Below are positions 36,585-45,613 of a stretch of DNA of 64,000 nt, piece after piece. A program made the position numbers and the translations under genes. The notes under the pieces are model-generated. The model searched no databases and was not told where the DNA came from. It saw nothing but the letters and a program-made list of their open reading frames with translations. This DNA is from an uncultured Candidatus Saccharibacteria bacterium (lineage in GTDB: Bacteria; Patescibacteriota; Minisyncoccia; Phycocordibacterales; UBA2100), in contig CAYNND010000001.1 of NCBI GenBank assembly GCA_964398775.1, positions 39,528 to 103,527 of the forward strand, in the 5' to 3' direction. Within the stretch, counting starts at the first letter, position 1; each line of letters starts with the position of its first letter.

Positions 36585-37793
36585 CTATTTTTTATTGAGA
36601 GACTCAGGCACAAACCCATGCTCGATGAGAAGTTGTGTCAGTTCACGAAAGAGATAGTTTGCAAAGAAAGAAATTGTATAGATACGCGCTCCTTTTTGTA
36701 TCGGCTTAAGCATCTTCTTACCTACCAACTTTGCAATAATTCTTGATCGCTGCACAGAGCTCTCTTCTGAAAGCAGCTTACCGATATCATTCGCTTTTAT
36801 AGTCATACTCGGTGAGCTAGCCACAACATACTTTAGTAACGTATGTTCAACAGGCGTGATGTATTTATTCTCCAGGGAGCGAGCAAGCATAGGGAGCAAA
36901 ATAGTATCTGCAAGATATTTCCTGTCTAGCAACTTATCAATCTTTGCAATTTCTCTTGCAAGACCTTTGAGCACATAGAGGCACCATTCAAGCATTGCTT
37001 CCTCGGTCCCCGTATCAGCTTTCGCGAGCATATCATAGTAGACATTTCTATCATCACAAAAGATTGCAGTTGGATTGAGGATACGCCCAGATTTTACACT
37101 AAAACCTTGTTGTAATAGTTGCGCATAGGTGAGCATGCGCACAGTACGACCGTTTCCATTATCAAATGGATGAATTACAGAAAAACGATGGTGTGCAATG
37201 GCAATTACGAGCAGATGGAATTGAGTTGGGTATTTATCATTTATGAAACTAAATAATTCTTCGGATTCCGCAGCGATGAGCGTCGCGGGTACTGTTTTTA
37301 ATTGCGAATTTTTTACACTTACATGCTCTTCACGATACGAGCCAGCAGAGGCAGAGCCTTCACCTCCATCTTTTGGCAACGTTAGACCATTTACTATTAT
37401 CTTGTGTAGCTCAGAGATTATGACCCTTGTGATCGGTGTGCCGACTTTTACATTAGCTTCAAGGAAATCTATGGCATCTTCTACGTTCGCAATTTCTCTC
37501 ATGGATTCGTCTGAATCTGGCGATTTTCCTGCGATAACCTTTTCAGCATATTCGGAGATTGTCGTTCGATTGCCCTCTATTCGGTTTGATCCCAAACTTT
37601 CAAGTATTTGAAATATTTCTTTTACCTGAAAGAATACATGGGGAGGCACAGTTCCACTCAGTTTCTTTTCTCTCAATTTTTCTAACTCAACAATGACTGT
37701 GTTTAACTCACTGTCAAACGATGGTTTTGGTATTTTCGCAAGGTTTTTCTCAGTTGTCATAAGTATATTATCTTCAAAATCGAAGTATAACAT
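36585..37793 (-). CDS. Fic/DOC-family protein with N-terminal inhibitory helix motif, embedded between hsdS and hsdR
   Basis: HPFDNGNGRTVR active-site motif; SNRIEGN fits the (S/T)xxxE(G/N) inhibitory motif; C-terminal wHTH-like region. Confidence 0.8.
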   Translation of the reverse strand: MLYFDFEDNILMTTEKNLAKIPKPSFDSELNTVIVELEKLREKKLSGTVPPHVFFQVKEIFQILESLGSNRIEGNRTTISEYAEKVIAGKSPDSDESMREIANVEDAIDFLEANVKVGTPITRVIISELHKIIVNGLTLPKDGGEGSASAGSYREEHVSVKNSQLKTVPATLIAAESEELFSFINDKYPTQFHLLVIAIAHHRFSVIHPFDNGNGRTVRMLTYAQLLQQGFSVKSGRILNPTAIFCDDRNVYYDMLAKADTGTEEAMLEWCLYVLKGLAREIAKIDKLLDRKYLADTILLPMLARSLENKYITPVEHTLLKYVVASSPSMTIKANDIGKLLSEESSVQRSRIIAKLVGKKMLKPIQKGARIYTISFFANYLFRELTQLLIEHGFVPESLNKK

Positions 37794-37884
37794 TTAACAT
37801 CGGGTAAGCAAATATGGCTTTATATATGTGTTTTATGCATTTGTCTCAAAAACATTATTTAACATTTTGAGAAAAGTACATTTA

Positions 37885-39114
37885 TCACACAAACATTTTT
37901 TGTAGCAGTCCTTTTTTCCACATCTCCGCCGTCTTAACTTGTAGATCCTTATGCTCTATGAGGTAGTCAATTGACTGCAAGAACTCTCGAATTAACATTT
38001 GTTCTTCCACTGTTACTGGTACAGTTACGACAATCTCCTTAAAGTGTGTGTATTTTAGATTCCACGTATCTGATACGAGACCTTGTGAGTAACGGTAAAA
38101 ATCAAAAATCGTTCGAGGAAGTTTAAAAAAATAACCGAAGAAATCTGAATCGACATTCTTCGGGGTAACTACCGTATATGCAGGACTGACTATGCCTTCA
38201 TGTCTTGAAACTCCTGCTGCTCCTTGCCACATTCGCATGGTGTTGTAAGCGATATCTCCTACACGGACAATTTTATAATTCGATTTATCTTCGCTGGAAC
38301 TATCTTTTTTTACCGAGCTATCATATCGGGTCACTCCATTTTTAAGAGTTACTGAGAGCAGTTCATAATCACCGTCAGTCGCTCTTTCTGCTCTTTCTTT
38401 CAATAAATCTCCCAATTTGCAGCTTTTCCATGCAGGGAAATTTTTACCATTCTCATCCTTAAAACGTACTTCTCGCGAGAAAATTTTTTGCATCACTCCT
38501 CGTTTATATTCTTCGAGTTTGATCTTTTGAGCTTTGAGGTTTTCAATTAATTTATCAACGTCTTGCAAGAAAATTGATATTCTATTTTGCTCGTCACGAT
38601 TTGGATATGAGGTTAGAATTGAAGAGACTACACTCCACTCTGCTCTTGGCATCTTAGAACCTATAGTAATTTGACTCTGATATGCAAATCTATTTCCTTG
38701 AATGAAGTAGAAGAGAAATGCAGCCTCAACTGTTTTTGGTTTAATTACCCAAATTTCTGTTGTTGCAATACCGTCAAAGTCGGTCAGAATATACTTCCTC
38801 AGATTTGGACGAAGTTTTCCAAAAAGTATTTGATTTTTGTGGAATACATTTTTAATACTTTTTAGACTTTTCGAGTCAATCATATCTAGTAATCTGCCAG
38901 TATTTTTTTCAATATTCTCCAATTCGATGCATTTTTCGTATGTATTTGATATTTGAGGATTGTATTTTTCATTTGAAAGCATAGCGATTTTACCAAAGTC
39001 ATCGGCATTCCATTCATTTGTAAACTCTGGAAAACGCAATTCAGGAACATTCTTCTGTTGTGTAGAAGACTTTTTCATAGCTAAAATGGCATTTTGATTC
39101 CAAGTTCTTTGCAC
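37885..39114 (-). CDS. hsdS: Type I restriction-modification S subunit (two target-recognition domains)
   Basis: two TRD halves separated by conserved coiled-coil spacers (LKAQKIKLEEYKRGVMQKIFS; C-terminal KTAEMWKKGLLQKMF). Confidence 0.8.
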   Translation of the reverse strand: MQRTWNQNAILAMKKSSTQQKNVPELRFPEFTNEWNADDFGKIAMLSNEKYNPQISNTYEKCIELENIEKNTGRLLDMIDSKSLKSIKNVFHKNQILFGKLRPNLRKYILTDFDGIATTEIWVIKPKTVEAAFLFYFIQGNRFAYQSQITIGSKMPRAEWSVVSSILTSYPNRDEQNRISIFLQDVDKLIENLKAQKIKLEEYKRGVMQKIFSREVRFKDENGKNFPAWKSCKLGDLLKERAERATDGDYELLSVTLKNGVTRYDSSVKKDSSSEDKSNYKIVRVGDIAYNTMRMWQGAAGVSRHEGIVSPAYTVVTPKNVDSDFFGYFFKLPRTIFDFYRYSQGLVSDTWNLKYTHFKEIVVTVPVTVEEQMLIREFLQSIDYLIEHKDLQVKTAEMWKKGLLQKMFV

Positions 39115-40685
39115 GCCTCAGCAATTGCCTGTTCTAGTTTGGTCTCATTTGCCTTTAGTGCCTGTAACTCGCCCGCAACTGTGTCGAGATCAATCGGCTC
39201 CTCATTCTCAAAGGTGTCGACATAGCGAGGGATGTTGAGATTGAAGTCATTTTCCTTGACTTCTTCAAGGGAGGCGTTGTGTGCGTACTTTTCGACATCT
39301 GTACGCGCTTGGTAGGTTTTGAAAATCTTTTCGATATGCTCGCTGTCGAGATGGTTTTGATTCTTCCCTTTACGAAACTCTCGAGAGGCTTCTATGAAGA
39401 AAACGCCATCATCGTCTTTGCGGCATTTCTTAAAGATGAGGATGGCCGCGGGGATGGACGTACCGTAAAAGAGATTTGGCGGGAGGCCGATCACTGCATC
39501 GAGATAGTTTTGCCGCTCGATGATGTACTTACGGATATGCCCTTCTGCCCCACCACGAAAGAGCGCACCATGTGGAAGTACCACAGCCATCGTGCCGTTG
39601 TCAGCGAGGTGGTGCAGCATGTGTGTGACGAACGCATAGTCAGCAGCACCCTTAGGTGCAAGGCGACCGTACTGTGAAAATCGATCATCAGCAGTAAGTA
39701 CAGGATCTGTCTCACCCTTCCACTGTGCACCAAAAGGCGGGTTTGCTACAACTGCTTCAGCTTGGATATCGGGAAACTTATCGTCGGTCAGCGTGTCGCC
39801 ATGACCAATTGCAAAGTGAGAAAAATGTACGCCGTGGAGAATCATGTTCATGCGGGCGAGATTGTACGTTGTTGGGTTCCGCTCTTGTCCGTAGTAGTGC
39901 GCAACGCTTGCATAATCACGAATACGCAAGAGAAGCGAACCAGAACCGCACGTCGGGTCGTATACACTGCGAAGCTTTTTCTTTCCTTCGGTTACGATCA
40001 TCGCCATGAGGCGGGATACTTGCGAAGGAGTGTAAAACTCTCCTGCCTTCTTCCCTGCTCCCGCAGCAAATTCAGAGATGAGGTACTCGTACGCGTCACC
40101 AAGGATATCGCTTTTTGAGTCTTCCAGTTTAAAGTCTATTTTGCTGAGATGTGTAAGGATTTCTATGATGCGTTCATTTTTCACTTTCTCCGATGAACCG
40201 AGACGTACTGACGTAAGATCGACGTCAGTAAAGAGACCTTTGAAGTCGTCTTCACTCTCAGTACCCGAGGAGGTTTGCTGTATTGCGTTTAAAACTGCTT
40301 TCAATTCTTCGAGGATGAACGTATCATCCCCGCGCTCACCTTTCCCTTTTTGCACAAGATAAGAAAAAAGCTGATGAGGTTTTAGAAAGAATCCGAGCTT
40401 TTCTAGAGACGCATGCTTTATCGCATCAATATACTCTTTGTCGTTTTTCTTTTTTTCATCAAGGGCAGTAAAGTTAATTTTGTCAGATTTTAAAAGACTC
40501 TCTGCGTATGCTTCTTGTTTCTCTGAGAGATACTTGTAGAAAATAAAACCGAGGATGTAGTTTTTGTACTCATCCGCATTCATACTGCTACGAAGCGTGT
40601 CTGCTACCGCCCACAATTGCTTTTCGAGAAGTCTTTTTTGGTCCTCAGTCATTTGAAGTTTAATTCTATCATAGTTACGGTTCAA
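39081..40685 (-). CDS. hsdM: Type I restriction-modification M subunit (N6-adenine methyltransferase)
   Basis: NPPFG catalytic motif (VVANPPFGAQW), SAM-binding DPTCGSGSLL, N-terminal HsdM helical domain. Confidence 0.9.
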   Translation of the reverse strand: MNRNYDRIKLQMTEDQKRLLEKQLWAVADTLRSSMNADEYKNYILGFIFYKYLSEKQEAYAESLLKSDKINFTALDEKKKNDKEYIDAIKHASLEKLGFFLKPHQLFSYLVQKGKGERGDDTFILEELKAVLNAIQQTSSGTESEDDFKGLFTDVDLTSVRLGSSEKVKNERIIEILTHLSKIDFKLEDSKSDILGDAYEYLISEFAAGAGKKAGEFYTPSQVSRLMAMIVTEGKKKLRSVYDPTCGSGSLLLRIRDYASVAHYYGQERNPTTYNLARMNMILHGVHFSHFAIGHGDTLTDDKFPDIQAEAVVANPPFGAQWKGETDPVLTADDRFSQYGRLAPKGAADYAFVTHMLHHLADNGTMAVVLPHGALFRGGAEGHIRKYIIERQNYLDAVIGLPPNLFYGTSIPAAILIFKKCRKDDDGVFFIEASREFRKGKNQNHLDSEHIEKIFKTYQARTDVEKYAHNASLEEVKENDFNLNIPRYVDTFENEEPIDLDTVAGELQALKANETKLEQAIAEACKELGIKMPF

Positions 40686-40942
40686 AAAATGCCGAAGTAT
40701 TTATGCTACACTATCTTCGTAAGAACTTTCAGAAATGGATGCAGTACGAGGCGCGCGAGCACAATGCGACGAGGCGTACCGAGCGTACAGTAAGGAGGAT
40801 TGTGCGAAGTGCACCACTACGCTTCGCTCCGGGTACTGCGTTCTCTAATCAGATTACCTCAAGAGAATGGGCGCGACAAAATGCGCCATTTTATGAGGTC
40901 GTGATAGAATAGCCACATTACGCAACTTAAACACCAACCCAA

Positions 40943-41284
40943 ATGAACAAATTTATCGCCCTATATTGCATGCCCCACACTGGCCTCGCCGACTGGATGA
41001 AAAAGCCTCAGGAAGAACGCCAAGCAATGGAAGATGCCCTCAAGGCAAAGTGGAACACCTGGGCACAAGCTCAAGGCACAGCCCTACACCTCACCGCTGC
41101 TGCAGGTAAGAACACTCGCGTCACTTCCTCTGGCGCTGCAGAGATGAGTAATGACCTCATGATGTACTCTATCGTTGAGGCTGCGGACAAGGAAGCAGCT
41201 ACAAAGATGTTTGTCGGTCACCCGCACTTGGAAATCCCTGGTGCATGGATAGACGTGATGCCAGCAAACAAGATGGGAATGTAA
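40943..41284 (+). CDS. Hypothetical small protein (possible alpha+beta barrel fold)
   Basis: 113-aa ORF; no confident family. Confidence 0.35.
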   Translation: MNKFIALYCMPHTGLADWMKKPQEERQAMEDALKAKWNTWAQAQGTALHLTAAAGKNTRVTSSGAAEMSNDLMMYSIVEAADKEAATKMFVGHPHLEIPGAWIDVMPANKMGM

Positions 41285-41290
41285 TCGCAA

Positions 41291-41800
41291 CTATCTCAAT
41301 AGTTCCCACTTGTTCAAATAGTCTTCTGCTATAGGCATGTTAATTGAATATTTTTCTCCACGCTTTCCGAGCATAAACGACCGGAGTGATGTATTCATCC
41401 TTCGTGTATCAGTGCGCAACCAGTGGAGATGTGATTCTTTTGCAAATTGAGCAACGATTTGTGAAGGAATTATATAAAAGTTGAACGCTTCTGTTGTTTG
41501 GGCAATACTGACGAAACAGTAGAAAAGTAATTTGTCTGTTGCCTCTTCGGTTTTCTCTCCAATCTTCCAGTGCGCTTCTATGTATCCGAACTCTTTTGAT
41601 ATATAAGGTCTATTGTCGAAATGCGTCTTCACCTCAAGTCGATTCATTGTTTTCGTTTCTGGATGTGAAAGGAGTATGTCGACACCTTTTGTGTTACCTA
41701 AAGTCATATTTGCATCAAATCCGCGAAGTGCGAGCTGTGAAAGTACTGCGAACTCCCCCGCAAGAGATATTTGATTCTTTGATAGATATTTATGATTCAT
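41291..41800 (-). CDS. Hjc-like / PD-(D/E)xK nuclease-fold protein
   Basis: AGEFAVLSQLALRGFDAN...GVDILLS...RLEVKT matches the GxxxE...GxxV.R...DIIA...IEVK order of archaeal Holliday-junction resolvase-like nucleases. Confidence 0.4.
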   Translation of the reverse strand: MNHKYLSKNQISLAGEFAVLSQLALRGFDANMTLGNTKGVDILLSHPETKTMNRLEVKTHFDNRPYISKEFGYIEAHWKIGEKTEEATDKLLFYCFVSIAQTTEAFNFYIIPSQIVAQFAKESHLHWLRTDTRRMNTSLRSFMLGKRGEKYSINMPIAEDYLNKWELLR

Positions 41801-41834
41801 TTCTCAATCATGTCACGAGATACAATCGAGTCAA

Positions 41835-42140
41835 TCAACTTGCAATGAGCTCCTGCTTCTTCCCTTTACTCAGCAACTTGATAGCTGCTTCACGTTTGAG
41901 CGCTTCTGAGCGGGTGAGCCCGCACTCGCTGTACGCGATGCGACGCACACCACGAGAGCGTGTGTAGCGGCCACCCTTACCTGCTTGGTGCGTCTTGAGG
42001 CGTGCATCAAGGTCATTGGTCATACCGGTGTAGAGCGAGTCATCGTCGCACTCCAAGATATAGACACAAAACGATGTGTCTGGTGCGGGTTCTGTTTGAG
42101 GTCGTTGTTTCACTCCTTGAGTATACCACCCCCTCCCGTA
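41835..42140 (-). CDS. GIY-YIG nuclease superfamily protein (YhbQ/UPF0213-like); start at internal Met
   Basis: FCVYILECDDDSLYTGMTNDLDARLKTH GIY-YIG block with downstream Arg/Glu. Confidence 0.7.
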   Translation of the reverse strand, partial: YGRGWYTQGVKQRPQTEPAPDTSFCVYILECDDDSLYTGMTNDLDARLKTHQAGKGGRYTRSRGVRRIAYSECGLTRSEALKREAAIKLLSKGKKQELIAS

Positions 42141-42160
42141 CATGCTGTTTTTTGCAAGCG

Positions 42161-43501
42161 CTACGGAAGCTGCTTCCCCTTCCATCGCTCGTAGTCAAAC
42201 GCATATGTTTTCATAAATGCTGCCTTCAATGCATCGACTGCTTTCTGCGTCTTAGCGTCACTTACTTTCACTGTGATATCGTCGATGATTTTTACGGTAC
42301 ATTTTGCTTTTCCTTTCTTTGCGAGGCATGGCATGACCCCAGCGGCAACTGCCTTTTGGTACTCAATGAGCCCATGCGTGTAGTACATGAGGATAAGCGG
42401 CTCCGTATGCGCTGCAAGTTCTGCATCAGAGGCTGCATAGATAGCACGGTGAATGTTGTACTGCTCAGAAATCTCCTTGTTCATCTTGATACCCACATCG
42501 TTTACCGCACGCTCGTATGCCATAAGTGGTGTGACGATGTTTTGTATCTGTGTTGAGACTGCCTGCAGACCACCAGCGCTGGTGAAATCAATCTTTTGGA
42601 ATCCATGCTTGATAGTGTACTGACTGCGCACATGTGCGAGCTGCTCACGTGCAACTATCACTTTTGCATCAAGTGGAATCGCAGTACTGACACGGAGGAA
42701 GAATGTAAGCGGCGCATACACAGGACTTGCGAGAAGTGCTGTCGTACGCTCCCAGTTTGCAAGGAGTGCATCTTTCTCTTTGATGCTTGTGTCGAGCTGC
42801 GCGACGTATTCGTTCCCGTAGAGGTTCTGCAGGTTCGGCTGCTTCAAGAGAAACTGACTTTTGTTTTTATGTGCGATGATGACTTCGCGTGCCTTTGCTC
42901 TGATGTGTGTGAGGTGTCGCAGGTATGTATATGACTGCTCCGGTGTCGAAAAAAAGAACTGACCATTGGCAAAGGCAAACGCAGTACTCTGCACACTGAG
43001 TGCGCGGTAGGTGTCACGTGACTGAGCGATGAGTGCGAGCACTGCTTCGTGGTACTTCGTATCATACGGAGCAACGAGTGCATCATTGTACTCAGGACGT
43101 ACCTCAACGATTGCCCCCCAGAGGCGCCTTCCCGCTGCAGTTGATTGCATGCGCTTCACGATATCCTTTCGCTGGTTGTAGAGCTGTGTGATTTGTTTAC
43201 TGTGTGCATCGAACTCTGCAGCGAGCTTTGCAAAATCATTTGAAACTTTTACTTCTCGCGTACCGATGTCGAATGCTGCTGCGAGCGCCTTCTCGGTCTC
43301 AAGCTCGTACTGCTGCTTTGCTATGCGGTACGCACGCATATCCTTCTCAATAGGTAAAAACACTCCAGGGGCTGCTGTAGTCATGTCGAGCATCGCTTGC
43401 GCAGCGGCAAAGACTTCATGCCGAGGGACCGGCTCTTCTGCATATGCAGCAAGTGGGACAATAAGTACACAGCACAGTGCGAGCACACGGAGGTGGTTCA
43501 T
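42161..43501 (-). CDS. Hypothetical secreted alpha-helical protein
   Basis: signal peptide MNHLRVLALCCVLIVPLAAYA; 446 aa; no motif recognised. Confidence 0.45.
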   Translation of the reverse strand: MNHLRVLALCCVLIVPLAAYAEEPVPRHEVFAAAQAMLDMTTAAPGVFLPIEKDMRAYRIAKQQYELETEKALAAAFDIGTREVKVSNDFAKLAAEFDAHSKQITQLYNQRKDIVKRMQSTAAGRRLWGAIVEVRPEYNDALVAPYDTKYHEAVLALIAQSRDTYRALSVQSTAFAFANGQFFFSTPEQSYTYLRHLTHIRAKAREVIIAHKNKSQFLLKQPNLQNLYGNEYVAQLDTSIKEKDALLANWERTTALLASPVYAPLTFFLRVSTAIPLDAKVIVAREQLAHVRSQYTIKHGFQKIDFTSAGGLQAVSTQIQNIVTPLMAYERAVNDVGIKMNKEISEQYNIHRAIYAASDAELAAHTEPLILMYYTHGLIEYQKAVAAGVMPCLAKKGKAKCTVKIIDDITVKVSDAKTQKAVDALKAAFMKTYAFDYERWKGKQLP

Positions 43502-43556
43502 GCGCAGTAGTATAGCAACACTGTGTAGCAGGTGCTAGACGTGGGCAATTGAAGCA

Positions 43557-44822
43557 CTATGGCTTCTGGATGAGCTTTGGGTTCTTCCCCCAGACGTTCA
43601 CACTAAAGGTCCATATACCGCCGTAGAGCTTTGGGTTACGGGTTGAGAACACGACACGGCAACTCCCCTGCTCAAATCCATCAACAGTAAACCAGTTTGA
43701 GTCTTGAGTGCCTTCAAGTGTCTGTAGCGCTCCTGCTTGTTTTGTGAGTTCAACAAATGATTGCTGCAGCGGTGAGCCCATAAAGAATGTATCGAACTTT
43801 CCTGAGACTGCGCCGGTGTATGGATGCACGACTACGATGATGGGCGATGCGCCGCGATTACCATCGCCGACTGCCTGAAGTGCACATGCCCCATCATGGG
43901 AGACTGCTAGATGCTTGCCTGGAAGTATCGAGTGTCCTTTGGTACGCGGGTCATACACAACGGTCTCGGTAAAATCACTATCAAATGCGCATGCGCCTGA
44001 TGATGTTGTCAGCAACACTTTCCCGGGAAAGAAATCACTGAGTTGCGCATCATATATTCCCTGTGGTGCACAGGTCGTCGGAATCCATGCACCATCTTCA
44101 CCTGCTGGTGTGTTACCCATATCATGGAGCGGCATGTCAGCGAGTGTGACTGTTTTTGTAGTGCCATCTTTCATTGTCACTGAGACACTTTTTGAGCCTG
44201 GAGCAAGTTTCACTGATGCGATAGTTTGCGCACTCTTTTGTAGTGCGCTGAATGTATCCTTTCGTTGTGTGCGCGTCGGCGTACCACTTTCGCTCCAGCA
44301 CGAATCATATGCTTTGCCTTTTTGTACAACACGGTCAAACTGTGCCTCGACAATCTCATTTCCCGCTGCATCTTTTTTCCCGGTGCGCACAGGGTTGCTC
44401 AGTGCGTATGTAACTTCGACAACAAGCGTACACGAATCGCCAAATGGTCCCATGGTGCCGACAGTGTCGCTATGCAGAGAGAAATTACTCATCGTGCCAT
44501 CTGGTACTTGATAGTCACCGCGCGGAGTTTCGACAATCACAGCTGGCGCGCCGAACGGTCCTTTTTGTGTGAAGAATCGCTCAAAGCCTGACATATCAGA
44601 AAAACTGTACTCACCACTCACTTCAAAGGACGCTGCTGCAGGCTGCTCGCCGATAGTTTCTGGTGCCCCCTTCGGAACAACTATCTCTATATCTGCTGCA
44701 CCTGTGTCAGATGTTCCAGGCTGTGATGCTGTGCCCTGCTTTGAAAGACCGCCGATATATACCCCACCGATAAACGCGACAATAACGAAAAACACACCGA
44801 GCATTGCAAGACCTTGTTTCAT
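43557..44822 (-). CDS. Hypothetical membrane-anchored extracytoplasmic protein
   Basis: N-terminal TM (LAMLGVFFVIVAFIGGVYIGGL) then 390-aa beta-rich domain. Confidence 0.45.
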   Translation of the reverse strand: MKQGLAMLGVFFVIVAFIGGVYIGGLSKQGTASQPGTSDTGAADIEIVVPKGAPETIGEQPAAASFEVSGEYSFSDMSGFERFFTQKGPFGAPAVIVETPRGDYQVPDGTMSNFSLHSDTVGTMGPFGDSCTLVVEVTYALSNPVRTGKKDAAGNEIVEAQFDRVVQKGKAYDSCWSESGTPTRTQRKDTFSALQKSAQTIASVKLAPGSKSVSVTMKDGTTKTVTLADMPLHDMGNTPAGEDGAWIPTTCAPQGIYDAQLSDFFPGKVLLTTSSGACAFDSDFTETVVYDPRTKGHSILPGKHLAVSHDGACALQAVGDGNRGASPIIVVVHPYTGAVSGKFDTFFMGSPLQQSFVELTKQAGALQTLEGTQDSNWFTVDGFEQGSCRVVFSTRNPKLYGGIWTFSVNVWGKNPKLIQKP

Positions 44823-44834
44823 ATATGAGAAAAG

Positions 44835-45026
44835 CTAGTCTTTCTTACAGAGCAGAACTGATGCGAGGTATATACCGACCGCAAGCCCAGCAAGTCCAGT
44901 AATAAGCGCATATGGAGCAATGAGCTCATGAAAATGTGCGCCGAGAGCGAGCCCGACTAAGAGCACCGAGGCCTTGAGCATCGCAGCCTGTTGCCACGAT
45001 AGTGTGTAATCTCTAAAAAGGTTCAT
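44835..45026 (-). CDS. Small two-TM membrane protein
   Basis: 63-aa ORF with two hydrophobic helices; weak. Confidence 0.25.
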   Translation of the reverse strand: MNLFRDYTLSWQQAAMLKASVLLVGLALGAHFHELIAPYALITGLAGLAVGIYLASVLLCKKD

Positions 45027-45096
45027 ACTATAAGTGTAGCATGGTGCAGAGCGTATGAGTTTCTGGTATAGTATCGCCGACTCACGTGAGTCATAA

Positions 45097-45325
45097 GGCA
45101 GAACGTCTAATGGCAGGACAATGAAATAGAAACTGCTTTCTATTTCATCTGGTCGTTAACGAATTTGCTTTGTTTGTGTATAGCGCTGCCAAATCGTCGG
45201 GTAGGAGCAGGGTCGTAAACCAGCTCGCTCGTCAGTAATGGTAATGCGAGAGTAATTGCTAGATTGTCGGGTGGGAGCAAGGTCATAAACCAGCTTACTT
45301 GTCAGAATGGTAATGTGAGAGTTAT
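45097..45325 (+). repeat. Three degenerate tandem units each beginning with a tRNA-Gln 5' (acceptor/D-arm)-like segment; unit 1 carries a perfect 12-bp hairpin
   Basis: ggcagaacgtctaatggcaggac / gccaaatcgtcgggtaggagca / gctagattgtcgggtgggagca vs tRNA gccagatcgtctaatggtaggac; units 2 and 3 (~66 bp) ~80% identical over full length. Confidence 0.6.
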
Positions 45326-45396
45326 TGCCAGATCGTCTAATGGTAGGACAGAGGCCTTTGAAGCCTTTAATCTTGGTTCGATTCCAAGTCTGGCAG
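45326..45396 (+). tRNA. tRNA-Gln (anticodon UUG)
   Basis: manual cloverleaf: acceptor tgccaga/tctggca, D-arm gtct-aatggta-ggac, anticodon arm gaggc-CTTTGAA-gcctt, T-arm cttgg-ttcgatt-ccaag, discriminator g; CCA not encoded. Confidence 0.75.
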
Positions 45397-45443
45397 CAAA
45401 ATAGGAGAAAAATGAGTCAGCATTTTTCGACGTAATTTTGATA

Positions 45444-45462
45444 GCCAGACTTGGAATCGAAC
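45444..45462 (-). repeat. Inverted copy of the tRNA-Gln 3' end (T-arm/acceptor)
   Basis: gccagacttggaatcgaac is the reverse complement of tRNA positions ~45374-45394. Confidence 0.6.
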
Positions 45463-45554
45463 GACGGAGGCACGAAGCCGTTTTGTATTCAAAACGTTGC
45501 CGAGTCGCGGCGCCAGTGTACTTATGAGCGCAGCGAATTAGTAAAAACGGGCGC

Positions 45555-45576
45555 GATTCCAAGTCTGGCAGCAAAA
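45555..45576 (+). repeat. Perfect 22-bp direct repeat of the tRNA-Gln 3' end plus 5 downstream nt (att-core-like)
   Basis: gattccaagtctggcagcaaaa identical to 45380-45401. Confidence 0.7.
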
Positions 45577-45608
45577 AAATCGCCTGCACCTCCTGAGAGA
45601 GTGCAGGC
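45572..45608 (-). terminator. Rho-independent terminator after gene 45614-45931
   Basis: gcctgcac-loop-gtgcaggc with minus-strand tail gatttttttgc. Confidence 0.6.
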
Positions 45609-45613
45609 TCGAT

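Noticed and set aside
40703-40912. 69-aa plus-strand ORF in the hsdM upstream intergenic region
   Set aside because: It is Arg-rich with a low-complexity translation and no RBS-like context. This is more likely the promoter region of the R-M operon than a gene.
45097-45170. Unit 1 upstream of tRNA-Gln as an intact or intron-containing tRNA
   Set aside because: It has acceptor/D-arm-like 5' sequence, but in place of the anticodon arm there is a perfect 12-bp hairpin. There is no T-arm or 3' acceptor strand.
45443-45516. Candidate minus-strand tRNA (the ORF-track 'GIEPR'-type translation, ggattcgaacc-like sequence)
   Set aside because: Only the T-arm/acceptor 3' half matches a tRNA. The 5' side cannot pair into an acceptor stem and the T-stem is broken. 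I read it as an inverted tRNA-Gln 3' fragment plus a separate cgtttt-gtattc-aaaacg hairpin, not a tRNA gene.
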